Positions 37,910 to 51,290 are shown, numbered from the stretch's first letter. The stretch is 64,000 bases of DNA from Octopus vulgaris (GCA_951406725.2 OX597817.1:162502001-162566000), one strand, 5' to 3'. Made by a program: numbers and translations. The notes: a model not told the origin generated them from the letters alone.

Positions 37910-38965
37910 TTTGAGATATATTCAGAAAATTAAATGATTTGAATAAGTTATTGCAAGGAAACAGAAAAACTCTCATTGATTGTAAATCATTTATCACTAC
38001 TTTCATTTCGAAATTGGTGTTGTAGAAGACTAACATTTCAAATCGTCAATTCCATAAATTTCCACAGCTTGATTCTTTGAAAGATGAATTGATTGATGAG
38101 GATTTAACTACATCTCGCAACTATTTACAATAATTGCACGATAACATGGTGGGGCGATTTCAACATGTCATTGCGCTGAATATTCCAAATTGGTATAGCA
38201 ATCCATTTGAGGTCGATGCAGTCGATTGCGAAGATGACGTTCAGAAGGAATTGATAGAATTACAAAATGGCAATGACGCCGCAGTGCGATATCGCCATAA
38301 TGGCAAAGGTTTGTGGTGCCATCAGAGTATATTGAATTGCTACCCCAATCGGTGGAAACATCTGAAATTACTTTTGCTTGCCTTCCCCACCTCATACCTG
38401 GTTGAATCTAGTTTTAGCCATGTTGGAACTTTACTTTCCCATAAAAGAATTGGACTGGATGTGATACAACGAGAAGACTTGCGGCTAAAGTCGACAAGTT
38501 TGAAACCGAATGTATCTGCACTAGCTGCATCGCACCAGACACATGGTTCTCATTAAAAAGTTTTATTCTTTTCCTTTATAATGCAATCATTAATTATTTC
38601 TGCATCGGTAGTTCTGATCAATGGTTCATTTGGGGAAAATGAAAATCAGTGTAAAAGAAAGCGCAAGTTTCCAAAAGTTAATCTGTCTGCATAACATAGA
38701 GCTAACGTTAGAATTTTATTCACACTAATGGCAAAACTAAACCTACAATGAGGGATTTGTAAACAACCGCATATTTAGTCTAAACGGCAGTAACAGGGCA
38801 GTAACAGAGTGTGTGTGTCAAATGATACACGGGGGAGGTCCCGCGGATTTTGTCTTGGGGAGGTTGTGTCTGGAGTTTTTTTTTTACCCAGGTGGGCAGT
38901 GGAGAATTTTTTGGCTGCTAAATGGGCTATATTTCAATTTGGTGCAACAAGTTTGGGAAACACTG
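37910..38965 (+). mobile_element. hAT (Charlie/Buster, ZBED8/SCAND3-like) transposase C-terminal relic and right end
   Basis: DIFRKLNDLNKLLQG, NPF, ELIELQ, LLAFPTSYLVESSFS, DLRL, HQTHGSH*; internal stops; TIR GTTTGGGAAACACTG. Confidence 0.9.
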
Positions 38966-39645
38966 GGTGTAGTATTAAGATTATATTAGTGTTTACGCTT
39001 ATAGAAAGGAAGTTGTTTCTAGAGCTATGGAGAGATCAAAAGAGAGTGGATTGAGGTAGTGGAGCTCTGGTGAGTGGCGATATCTGGCAACCTTGTGAAT
39101 AGGTTGGTCACCCGTAGTTACCATCAAGAAGTTGAACAAAGAGCATCGTACGGATATCTGCACGTTTGTTCATTGGGGCCCTGTCATAACCCAGTGACCT
39201 GAGAATGTAAGTACGAATAATCTTAACTTTCCCATTGATTATACATTTTATAAAAGGCGCCAATTTTGAGAAATGTGCTCAGGGTTATCGATCGCTCCTC
39301 TTGCTCCCCTATTAGCGACGCCACTGGTCTGAAGGAAACAAATCATCCAACCAACCACTGAAATATGGTACTGAAAAGCTAAAGTCCTGTGTCACCACGA
39401 GGCGCTTTTAACTTAAAATGCAAAAAAAAAAAAATTTCAGATGTTTGGATTTACAATGACGAATCAAGCCCATGATTGAAAAAGAGTGACATAAAATATT
39501 ATTTACAAGAAGTCAGAGTTAATCACGCAGACTATAGAAGCATTCTGTCCAACCTATATCTGGCCAGTAAGGACAGGCAGATAGGTCCACAGGCGGCATA
39601 GATAAGTAGGTAACAATATTCTGAGGCTTCGTCTAGCAGTAGATC

Positions 39646-40037
39646 AAAAGCGGCGAGATGGTAGAATCAAAGCGGCGAAGCGGTAAAATCAAGGCAGTGC
39701 GCTGGTTGAATCAAAGTGGAGAGCTGGTAGAATCAAGGCGTCAAACTGGTTGAATCAAGGCGTCAAACTGGTTGAATCAAGGCGATGAGCTGGTAGAATC
39801 AGGGTGACGAGCTGGCAGAATCAAGGCAGTGAGCTGGTAGAATCGTTCGTACGCGGGGCAAAATGCTTAGCAGCATTTTGTCCGTCTTTATGTTCTGAGT
39901 TCAAATTCTACCGAGGGTGATTTTTGCCTTTCATCCTTTCAAGATTGATAGGATAAATACCTGTTGAGCATTGGAGGCAATGTAATCAACTTCCACCCTT
40001 CCATAAATTGTCGGCTTTGTGCCAAAATTTGAAACCA
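39646..40037 (+). mobile_element. SINE family A with nine tandem ~22-bp copies of its A-box head
   Basis: AAGGCGGCGAGCTGGTAGAATC-like units 39646-39844 followed by a normal body. Confidence 0.85.
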
Positions 40038-40392
40038 GTATATAGGAATTACCAATAAAACGCCACCATTTCCTACGCAGATTTTCCTAATTTGTGAGAG
40101 GAATTGTTAATGTGCATATCCGTTTTTCTTTTCTTTTTTAAGTTTGTTTGTCAGAACACAAATATATTTATAATCCATTATTTTATTTATTTATTTTTGT
40201 CGCCAGCTAAAACCAGGAATGACTTTAGAATGGTACATGTTTATGAAATAAATAGAAGTATGCAAAATTTCTAGGTGCGTACTCCACTTCGCTTCACCAA
40301 GAGAAAGAAATAAAGTTTAAACTTGAGAAAACGGCGTTCAAAAATGTCATTATTTTCCAAATAAATCAAAGCAACCGAATTTTCTTACTCAC

Positions 40393-40532
40393 TTTCTTCA
40401 TAGCTATAACTTGTTTAGAATGCATTGGAAATTCCAGACTTTCAATGTAACCACAGGTCAGCAGTTTTACTTCAACTGGGGTTTTCCCCTTACATTTCCT
40501 AAATGACTCAGACATTGATTTTAATGAAAGTC
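40393..40532 (-). CDS. candidate internal exon (G)LSLKSMSESFRKCKGKTPVEVKLLTCGYIESLEFPMHSKQVIAMKK, product unknown
   Basis: Acceptor tttatttatgtacag, donor AAA|GTGAGT, 140 nt open (phase 1 to 0), decayed paralog 3 kb away. Confidence 0.6.
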
Positions 40533-40546
40533 CTGTACATAAATAA

Positions 40547-41370
40547 AGGACCCCCTTCGGTCACGAATGTGGAGGCGTGTGGCTTAGTGGTTAGGGTGTC
40601 AGCACCATGATCATAAGATTATGGTTTCGATTCTTGGACCGGGCGACGCGTTGTGTTTTTGGGCAAAACACTTCATTTCACGTTGCTCCAGTCCACTCAG
40701 CTGGCAAAAATGAGTAACACTGCGATGGACTGGCGTCCCGTCCAGCTGGGGAACACATATACCATAGAAACCGGAAAAACCGGGCCCATAAGCCTAGCTA
40801 GGCTTTAAAAGGGCGCATTTATTTATTCTTCGGTCACGAATGACCATGGGATTGCATCTAAAAAGTTACCCTCCAAGACACAAGTCCGAGTAAGGTTGTT
40901 TTATGGAAGACCTGCAGTTACACACGCATACCAGCCTCCCCTCTCCATACCTATTTCTTTATTACCCACAAGGGGCTAAACACAGAGGGGACAAACAAGG
41001 ACAGACATAGGTATTAAGTCGATTACATCGACCCCAGTGCGTAACTGGTACTTAATTTATCGACCCCGAAAGGATGAAAGGCAAAGTCGACCTCGGCGGA
41101 ATTTGAACTCACAACGTAACGCAGACGAAATACCGCTAAACATTTCGCCCGGCGTGCTAACGTTTCTGCCAGCTCCCCTCTCCATACCACCGATGTTATT
41201 CAAAGGTAAAGCAAAAACCGATACAGCTTGGCACCAGTGACGTCACAATTCATTTCTACAGCTGAGTGAACTGAAGCAACATGAAATAAAGTGTCTTGCT
41301 CAAGAGCACAACACGCAGCCCGGTCCGGGAATCGAACTCACTGCCTCATGACGCTCTAACCACTGAGCCA
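40547..41370. mobile_element. nest of SINEs: minus-strand D-like host with inserted family D (40569-40828) and family A (40952-41172)
   Basis: TSDs CTTCGGTCACGAATG and CTCCCCTCTCCATACC. Confidence 0.8.
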
Positions 41371-41630
41371 TAAATGTTTGCGGGTGTTATTCAGTTTCTT
41401 CTACAGGTAGCCCAAGAAACATATTTTCATTCATCAACTCAACAGTCACCACTACAGACCAGCAGCCAACAATTTCAGACTGGTGGTCAGAGTTAGGTAA
41501 CTTTACTTCCGAGAGACAAGTTATACTAATATAATGTACATATAGTCAGTATTTGTGTTTCTAAACTGTTCAGCATTCATACATCCCAGCAAACAGACTA
41601 ATCTAATAAATAAACAAATAACTAACTAAA

Positions 41631-42081
41631 TCTATACTTATAAAGCTGAAGTTGTCTGTGTGTGGGTGGCAGGTTTGGTAGCCTTCAACTAACACTATCT
41701 CCTCCGAGACCCTGCGGCGCAAGTTGACCAAAATTGAGAGTATGATAGAAGAAGGCTTGCTCTTCATTCCGTGGAAGAAAAAATTCAAATCGGACCATGT
41801 TAAGACCAAAAATGATTTACATCAAAAAGGTGTTTTTTTTCTATGAAAATCCCTATTTTTTACGAATTTTTGACTGCTGTGTCGTCATTTTTCGGTGTAT
41901 TTCAACCAGAAAAATGTTCACTTAAAGAGAATAACAAGCTACATAATGCTATATAATGCAAAATTTTTACTTTTCAAAAAAGATTGAAACTATGTCAAAA
42001 CTTTGTTAACGAGACATCAAAGTCTGCCATTTTAAGCGCAACTAAAAAACAAACCCGAGCAACGCCGGGCTATACTGCTAG
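41631..42081 (+). mobile_element. non-autonomous Helitron
   Basis: A|TC start, CCCGAGCAACGCCGGG hairpin, CTAG|T end. Confidence 0.85.
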
Positions 42082-42747
42082 TAAATAGATAACGCTGAGA
42101 GCTAGTAGTCCGGTTTGTGAATTTACCCCTTGATCTATTGTCGCATTGAGTGTAATCATATTCTGAAGTGTGTATGCAAATTCATAGTAAAGTTTCATTG
42201 CAAATTTAGTTTACACTAACATTCTCCAGCCGCAAACATACACGCTTAAGATAGAGTGATGTGTAATGGCATATCGACTGTCATTTGTGGTAGTGGCAAC
42301 TAAAAGAACTACCGAATAACCAAGGCAGGTGCATCCAGGGTTTCCAAGACACGGATAAATCGTAAGATGCTTGCAGATGCAGAGTTCAACGCCGCCAGTA
42401 GCTGGTGTATCCTGGAGTAAGCATACACTGGATTTTAAGTAACTTGAACTGTTATTGTGCTGAACTCTTGCTTCCCTCCCATCTTCAGTTAGTGGTGCTA
42501 ATATCTCGACGAGGCAGCATACGAAAGAGTTTGTTCAACAGTGGTGATCAGGATGCACACACCATACAGAGCAATTTTTTTCAAGCTACAGGGAACTGAA
42601 ACCTAATTTTCCAGCTCTTGGTGAAATTGCTCTTATTGTGATGGTGAAACACGCATTGAAAAAGGTTCAGATCTCACTCTAATATAGGCAAAACTTCGCA
42701 TATGTCTGAATGCCAACTAACTACCAAAAGAATCACTGAAGTATGAT

Positions 42748-43200
42748 ATTCTTTTCTACTCTAGGCACAAGGCCCAAAATTTGTGGGAAGGGGGTCAGTC
42801 GATTAGATCAACCCAGTACACAACTGGTACTTAATTTATCGACCCTGAAAGGATGAAAAGCAAAGTCGACCTCGGTGGAATTTGAACTCAGAATGTAATG
42901 GCAGAAGAAATACCTATATCTTTACTGCCCACAAGGGGCTAAACACAGAGAGGACAAATGGATTAAGTCAATTATATCGACCCCAGTGTGTAACTAGTAC
43001 TTATTTAATCGACCCCGAAAGGATGAGAGGCAAAGTCGACCTCGGCGGAATTTGAACTCAGAACGTAACGGCAGACGAAATACTGCTAAGCATTTTGCAC
43101 AGCGTGCTAATGTTTCTTATTTCTTTATTGCCTTCAAGGAGCTAAACATAGAGGGAACAAACAAGGACAGACAAAGGGATTAAGTCGATTACATCGACTC
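42748..43200 (-). mobile_element. SINE family A multimer
   Basis: Consecutive body/tail units. Confidence 0.85.
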
Positions 43201-43419
43201 CATGCTAGCATGGGTTGGGCAGTTTGACCAGAATAGGCAAGCTGGAGAGCTGCACCAGGTTCCAGTCTGATTTGGCTTGGTTTCTACAGCTGAATTCTTC
43301 CTAATGTCAACCACATTACAGTGAGTACTGGGTGCTTTTAGTGTGGCACCACACAAGCGCTTTTAAGTGGCACTGGCGCGAGTGCTTTTTACATTGCTCT
43401 GGCACACAACTCTTTTCTT

Positions 43420-44330
43420 GAGTACAGCAAGGTATCAAGTATCTCGGTCCTTTGTCATCTTGTCTAGGAGGTTCAGTGTGCAGAGGTCATTCTTCAGTAT
43501 TTCGTTCCATGTCTTCATGAGCCTGCCTCTTCCATGTATTCAATCCACTTTGAGGGATCAGCACTTCTATATGGAGCTGTCAGCATCCATCCACATCACA
43601 TGACCAAACCAGTGCAGTCTTCTCTCTTGCACACTGCATTTAATTCCTTTAATGCCTAACTTCTCTCTCAATACTCCAGCACTCTGTGAAACATGTACAC
43701 TTACATCATCATCATTGTTCGACCGTGGTTGAGACAATGGCATTTACTATGTTATACCAGACTTCACGGTCCATCATAGCATTACGGAGGTCCTGTTGCT
43801 GGATGCCTGTATCCCTGGAGATTACAATAGGGTAGGAGAGTGTGCGCCCTCTGGCATCGCAAGCAGATGGCTTCCAGAGGAGAAGAGTAGAAATTACCTC
43901 GTTTTCAGCTCTACAACAATATCCAGCAAACTGAACTCTTCTACCTTTCACAAGAGATGATACAGGTGGTAATTTCCCGTATATATGTACACTTACATCT
44001 CATATCCAGCAGAGCATACTAGCTTCATTCCTCTCTAACCTTCACATGTCCTCTGCATTCAATGCCTACATTTCACTTCCATGTAGAATTGCTGTCTGTA
44101 TACATATATCATACAATCTTCCTTTTGCTAAGAGAGACCTTTGGTTGCTAACAGAAGAGCTCTCTGAATTTTCTCCATCATATTCTTATTCTAGCTATTA
44201 CATTTTCTGTACATCCTCCCCTACTATTAATTTGATCCCCTATGTAGCATAAACTATCCACAACCTCTAATGAGCCTCCGGGGCATTTGATAAAATCAAT
44301 TTCCAGAGTATCTGTAGTTTTATAGCTCTT
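43420..44330 (-). pseudogene. decayed RTE LINE 3' fragment with a nested second LINE 3' end (43708-43984)
   Basis: QERRLHWFGHV motif; nested RRVQFAGYC..LLLWKP..AMMDREVW with (TGA)n tail and 15-bp TSD ATGTACACTTACATC. Confidence 0.8.
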
Positions 44331-44350
44331 GTGCATGAAAAAAAAATGTA

Positions 44351-44915
44351 TTGGGTTGTCTGGAAAGTTTGTGCCGATTTATAGTAGCTTACATTTCGAC
44401 TTATTTTAGAACATGGCTGAGTCCATAAAATAGGATTTGACTACACCTTCATTTAGAGCACAGTTTAAGCTATCTTTTCGTGGAAGAAGGTTTATGTTCC
44501 AGTAACCTGTGTTAATTCTGTAACCCTTTAAAATGGAAGATAAGAAAGTTCATTTTCAGCACTTGATGCTTTGGGAACCAGAAAAAATTGCTGCAGCTCA
44601 GCTGGGATGTGTTACTCCACCCTCCATATTCACCAGATATTGCTCCTTCGGATTTCCACTTATTCAGGTCTCTGCAGAATAGTCTTAATGGTAAAAATTT
44701 CAATTCCTTGGATGACGTAAAAAGATACCTTGATAAATTCTTTGCCATGAAACCACCTCAATTCTGGGAAGAGGGTATTTTCAAGTTAAAGGAAAGATGG
44801 AGATGCATTGTGCAACAAAATGATTCATATTTGGTTGATTAAAAATGTAATGGCAAGTATTTATTGACCTTTTTTTTTCCTTTAAAAATTGGCACAAACT
44901 TTCCGGACAACCCAA
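44351..44915 (+). mobile_element. internally deleted mariner, same derivative as 22863-23427
   Basis: TIRs, TA TSD, HPPYSPDIAPSDFHLFRSLQN motif, same deletion junction. Confidence 0.95.
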
Positions 44916-45104
44916 TAAAAATAATATTAGCTATCAAATAATAATATTTAGTAGATTAAGATGTGAAAGAGCTGGTGTAGAAAGAAATGAGCAATTTGAG
45001 AACTTGAGGCATTGGTTTTGCTGTGGAAACAACAATTATAACAAATGTGGAGTGATTCTTTTGTCTTATGATACTTAAACTTCACATGGGAAGCAGCATG
45101 TTAC

Positions 45105-45177
45105 CATATATGACCAACCATGCAGATGTCAAAGATGAAAGAAGATAAATGTTATGTCGAAAGATAAAACAGATGAC
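45105..45177 (-). CDS. candidate 73-nt exon VICFIFRHNIYLLSSLTSAWLVIY(G)
   Basis: Acceptor ggcttctaacacag|G, donor G|GTAACA; only open frame ends in phase 1, compatible with 40393-40532. Confidence 0.3.
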
Positions 45178-45429
45178 CTGTGTTAGAAGCCACAAACAGG
45201 AAGAAAAATGAATTATTAGCAACAACATAAATGATGAGCTTTGATGAATTGTAATAATAAAGTTTTTGTTTTTTTTCATTTGATTGGATGTTAACTGGGT
45301 TATTAGCCATAGTTGTGGGTTCTATATATTGGTGACAGATATGTGCCAGTTCTTGATAGTTCATAAACAATGTCTGGGTCACCATACAGTCACCCTATTT
45401 CCACCTCCTTCAGTTCTACATAATCATCT

Positions 45430-45800
45430 TCTTCACCACCGCAGATCACCACAAAAACCACCACTACCGCCACCACCATTACCATCCCAGTCACCACCAT
45501 CATCACCATCACCACCAACACTCCTACCATTACCATGAAGTCACCTTATTTTAGCTTCCTTCAGTACTATGACATAATCATCTTCTTCACTACCATCACC
45601 ACCATCACCAACACAACTACCACTACCACCACCACCACCCAATACCACTACCACCATCGCCACCACAACTACCACCACCACCACTACCACCACCATCACT
45701 ACCACTGTCGACCACCACTGCTGCTGCTGCCACCACCACAACCACCAACACAACTACTACCACTGCAACCACTACCACCACCACCACCACCACCACTATA
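45430..45800. repeat. degenerate (CAC/CAT/TAC)n trinucleotide tract
   Basis: Directly visible. Confidence 0.95.
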
Positions 45801-46382
45801 TCTACTATAATTGCCTTCTACCATACCCTGCCCAACCACTCCCATAGCTACACTTTTATCACAGTTCCAGTGGTGCAATGTTATTACCTGTTCAAATATA
45901 CTTGTGGCGTGTTCAAACCCTTAAGCCAGCCATTCACTGTGTTTTGTCATGGAGAAAACTTCTCGCTGTAGACAAATAGTGTGAATACACCTAAATTAGC
46001 TCACAGCGCCACCTACCCAGACTGTGAGATGCTAACATTTCAGAGTGGTTATCTCCTCTTAGTCACAGAAACTGGACAGGACGCACTGCGAGCTAAGTTC
46101 CATTGGTGTTGTTAGAGTATGTGTGTAGCCTTTAAGTTTACTGCTCCCCCTACCCTGGTGTTCCAGCCTTACAGAGCTGTGGTTCCCAAACTTTTGGGGG
46201 CTGCTACTCCCTTGCCACCCGACCCTCTACCCCCACCCCCACTCACCACCGCGAGAACCACATAGTTCCGGGTTCAGTCCCACTGCATGGCACCTTGGGT
46301 AAGTGTCTTCTACTATAGCCTTGGGCCGACCAAAGCCTTGTGAGTGGATTTGGTAGACAGAAACTGAAAGAAGCCCGTCGTA

Positions 46383-46414
<32 letters not shown>

Positions 46415-48410
46415 CTAGCTGAAGGTGACCCGCTCTACGCGTGGGTAAGAGTGTGGTTGTTACTTTCTGTTGCTTCCTTTCAGCACGTAAAAAGCACCAT
46501 CTGAACATGGCCGATTGCAGCGCCGCCTTGACTGGCTTCTGAGCCGGTGGCACGTAAAAAGCACCAACCGATCATGGCCACTGCCAGCCCCCCTGGCACC
46601 TGTGCCAGCGGCACGAAAAAAGCACCCACTACGCTCACAGAGTGGTTGGCGTTAGGAAGGGCATCCACCTGTAGAAACACTGCCAGATCAGACTGGAGCC
46701 TGGTGCAGCCTCCTGGCTTCCCAGACCCCGGTCAAACTGTCCAACCCGTGCTAGCACGGAAAACGGACGTTAAACGATGATGATGATGATAATGATTCTC
46801 CCTCTTTGTTTCTCTCTCCTTTCTCTCTCACTTTTCCCACTCTCTTACTCTTCCTTTCTCTCAGACTCTCCCTCGCTTTCTCTTACTCTCTATCTTTATC
46901 TATCTCTCTCCCATTTATAAACAACAAAAGATCTTGAGTAAGTTGAGAACTAAAATATTTAGAAAGATCAATCATAAATATCAGGCAGTAACAACGGAAA
47001 GGTCGCTTCAAGGCAGACAGCAAAACACTAACATTTAAAAGGGACAGACAAACTTGCAAGCTGAATAAAAATAATAAAATATTGGAAACCAAAGTTTGAA
47101 GGGATAGAATCTGAGGATAGTAGAGTCACCATGGCTGGCATTTCTTAACGACGGACAGCAACGTTTTGACAGTTTAACGGCTGGCGTAAAATTTTGAACT
47201 TGATGTAAAAGAAAATCCTTAAACACCAAGTTTTGAAGTGATTCTTTCTCACGACAGTAGACTCACCATGGCAATCATTCAAAACTTCTTCATCATGGAC
47301 GGCAACACATTGACGATTAAAAGGCTGGCGCAAATTTTTTAGCTTGATGTAACAGAGAATTCCTAAACACCCGCTCTTTTAAATTTTAATCCCCTTCCAG
47401 CCCCATTTAGACCCCTTTTCACATTTTGGTTAATATAACCCGATTCATTCAGGTCTACTGGGGCCACATTTTATAAGATGAGGAATTTTGTCCTAGAGGT
47501 CACGCCTTTCATTTGAGGAAAAAAAATAGTTGTCATGCAAACTTGCCAGCACTTTTAACATAGGTCTGCATATTTTCAGCTCAACCGACCACATAATGCA
47601 CACATTATATATATATATATATGTATATATGTGTGTGTGTGTGTGTGTTGGAGTCTCTCTCATACGTGAGCGTTGACGCTGAATTCGACTGGTAAGCAGG
47701 TAACCTTATCTTTGTTGAAATAGTTGTGAGCTGCTGGAGTTATTTCTCTGATGGGTAATAAGAATTTCCATATCCTCCGAGGAAACGAACTGTTGACCCA
47801 GACAATTAGAATTAATTTTAATAAAAGCATCAATTTAAGAAAAAATAATAAAGTAGTAAAAAATGAAAATTTAGCACGAAAAATTTGCAGGGTTCTAAAT
47901 AAATGTTAAAATGTAATAGATACGAAAAACCTACGTTATCACCAGAACACGAACTCTCGTTGGTGTGTTCTGTTTGTATTTGCTCCATCAGCGCGTTGAC
48001 AGGCAGACAATAGAATGCGATGGTGAGATTCATAATATTTGTTGTCATGATTGTGTGTTGTTGGTGGTGGCGATGATAATTCTCTCTATGAATGCAGACA
48101 GATACATAAAAGAACGCCGTTTGACGAAGTGAACGTGATAGGAAAGTAGGAAATAGAGTGAGTGAAAAAGTGCTGGGAAGGGAGGAAATAGCGTGAGTGA
48201 GTGAGGAAGACAGAATAGGAGTGGACTTGTCAAAGTGGGTTTTTGGCCTTAGCAACGACACCTTTTAAGATAGGGGTTTCTAACATAGCCCACGGGCATC
48301 GTCACCTCATTTTACATGTCCCTGTAAATTTTGGAGTCAATCCGACAGGATGTAGTGGCCTTGAAAGCGATCCAAGCGGTCGAAACGCATTTCAGTTTTA
48401 TATATAGAGA
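46415..48410 (-). mobile_element. composite Helitron region (one or two elements) with nested SINE E
   Basis: Minus-strand TCTCTATATATAAAA start at 48410; ACCCACGCGTAGAGCGGGT hairpin and CTAG end at 46415; internal diverged ~140-bp duplication at 47120-47372. Confidence 0.55.
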
Positions 48411-48960
48411 TATATATGTATGAGCGTGTTTGTGTGTTTGTGTTTGTCCCCCCAACATCGCTTGACAACCGAGGCTGGTGTGTTTATGTCCCCGTAACTT
48501 AGCGGTTGGGCAAAAAAAAGACCGATAAAATAAGTACTAGGCTTACAAAGAATAAGTCCTGGGGTCGATTTGATCGACTAAAGGTGGTGCTCCAGCATGG
48601 CCACAGTCACATGACTGAAACAAGTAAAAGTGTTCTGCAGCAAATCCAAAACAACTTTGCCTTTCATCCATTTGGGGTTGATAAATTAAGCACCAATTTT
48701 GGGGTTGATAAATAAGTACCAGTTGCGTACTGGGGTCGATCTAATCGAATGGCCCCACTCCCCCCAAATTTCGGGCCTTGTGCCTGGAGTAGAAAAGAAT
48801 TTGATACCTTCCCTAACTACCTTCTACAAAAATGAGACAGTTGGATACAGCAGTTTGGACACTGGGGATTTGGTACAGCTAACTGGACACGGAACCTGTT
48901 TTTGCATCAGTACTCTTTGGCACTACAGGCAAATACATGCATGCACGCATGGGCACACAC

Positions 48961-49008
<48 letters not shown>

Positions 49009-49595
49009 ATACACACACATACACACACATATAGATATCTGTTTTGACATTACTTATGCAACACTGGTTTATCTGACATCAGACATTTTAATGTTTCTCC
49101 CATTCTTTCTCTCTCTCCCATTCCTCCCTCCCTCTCTCTCTCTCTCCTATTCCTCCTCCTTCCTCTCTCTCTCTCTGTTTATGTAAATGGACATATTTCT
49201 CTTTATGCATATGAAGAGAGGGTAAGTGTTTATGTCAAACATGTGCAATTTTTCAATTAAAAATCTAGAGCGAGGTCGTTGCCATAACGCCTGACGGGCC
49301 CCCACCCCACGTGCCGGTGGTACGTAAAAAGCACCCACTACACTCTCGGAATCGTTGGCATTAGGAAGGGCATCCAGCCGTAGAAACTCTGCCAAATCAA
49401 GAGTGGAGCCTGGTGCAGCCATCTGGTTCGCCAGCCCTCAGTCAATATCGTCCAACCCATGCTAGCATGGAAAGCGGATGTAAAATGATGATGATGATGA
49501 TGATGATGAACCTCTCTCCTTACTCCCATCCCTCTATATCTGTATATGCCTATTTCTATGCACACATGCATATGTGTGTGCTTGCCTTCTGTGGA

Positions 49596-49981
49596 TGGAA
49601 GCACTCCGTCGGTTACGACAACGAGGGTTCCGGTTGATCCGAATCAACAGAACAGCCTGCTCGTGAAATTAACGTGTAAGTGGCTGAGCACTCCACAGAC
49701 ACGTGTACCCTTAACGTAGTTCTCGGGGATATTCAGCGTGAACACAGAGAGTGACAAGGCCGGCCCTTTGAAATACAGGTACAACAGAAACAGGAAGTAA
49801 GAGTGAGAGAAAGTTGTGACGAAAGAGTACAGCAGGGATCACCACCATCCCTTGCCGGAGCCTCGTGGAGCTTTAGGTGTTTTCGCTCAATAAACACTCA
49901 CAACGCCCGGTCTGGGAATCGAAACCGCAACCCTATGACCGCGAGTCCGCTGCCCTAACCACTGCGTCATTGCGCCTCCAC
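49596..49981 (-). mobile_element. SINE family C
   Basis: TSD CTTGCCTT(C/A)TGTG. Confidence 0.9.
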
Positions 49982-50334
49982 TTGCCTTATGTGCCAAAAT
50001 ACACAATCACTAAAACAGATTAAATGTCCACTCAGGATGTCCACTTTCAGTCATTTCATTCCAACCTTTAAAAAGATAAAATTCTTTTGAAAAAAACCAT
50101 CACAATTCTGCAAATCCAACCTATGTGTAGGATAACAAGTACTGGGGAAGTATTTCATTTACAAGAATGCTGTTATCTAAATAGTGAGAAAATTGCATTT
50201 TTTTTTCTTATGTAAAGATCGACTGCTGCATTCCTGGTGAGATTTCAAGAATTCTTTCTAATTTTGGTGCAATGCCAGTGATTTTGAGAAGGGAAATATG
50301 TTTATATTGACCCCCAATGGTCTACTGGTACTTA

Positions 50335-50757
50335 CTCTTTTACTCTTTTACTCCTTTACTTGTTTCAGTCACTTGGTTGTGGCCATGCTGGAGCACCACC
50401 TTTTTAGTCGAGCAAATCGACCCTAGGGCTTATTCTTTGTAAGTCTAGTACTTATTCTATCAGTCTCTTTTGCCGAACTGCTAAGTTATGGTGACGTAAA
50501 CACACCAGAATCGGTTGTCAAGCGATGTTGGGGGGACAAACACAGACACACAAACATATACACACACATATATATGTATATATATACATATATATGATGG
50601 GCTTCTTTCAGTTTCCGTCTACCAAATCCACTCACAAGGCTTTGGTCGGCTCGAGGCTATAGTAGAAGACACTTGCCCAAGGTGCCACGCTGTGGGACTG
50701 AACCCGGAACCATGTGGTTGGTAAACAAGCTACTTACCACACAGCCACTCCAACGCC
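50335..50757 (-). mobile_element. SINE family B
   Basis: Full-length match to other copies. Confidence 0.88.
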
Positions 50758-51290
50758 TATTTTAATTATTTATGCCTAAAGGCAAAGTTAATCATGGTGG
50801 CATTTGAATTCACAACGTAAAGAGCCTGAAGAAATGTCATTAATTATTTTGATTGGTATGGTAACGATTCTACCAGCTCAAGAATAAGGAGAAACAACAC
50901 ATACACACTCCAACAGATATATTTCTTTACTACACACAAGGGGCTAAACATAGAGGGGACTAACAAGGACAAACACTCCAACAGATATGTATGCACACGC
51001 ACACACATATACCCACATATAAATGCCCACATGTGTAAACACTTGCATACACCAAAAATGTATATGCATGTGTGTGTGTGTGTGTGTGTGTGTACATGTG
51101 AGGGGAGGGTGAGTTGTAAGTGTATACAATTAAACAAATCGGAATGAGGAGAAAGGAAATAATGAGAACACTGTTAAGACTTCTGAAAAATTTTAAGATG
51201 CATAAATATATTAATTTTTCCATGAATTGTCTCCTTGTTGAAAAGTGATTCTATCATTTGTAAATTTGGCCAGCAATATTCAACCAGGTG

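Noticed and set aside
38134-38556. ZBED8/SCAND3-like domesticated gene
   Set aside because: In-frame stops upstream and a TIR downstream indicate a decayed transposon.
44588-44842. SETMAR-like gene
   Set aside because: No SET domain; TIR-bounded mariner deletion derivative.
45284-45810. Poly-His/Pro/Thr/Asp ORFs (also 60868-61358, 62867-63340)
   Set aside because: Trinucleotide tracts, often grown from SINE tails; no splice or domain support.
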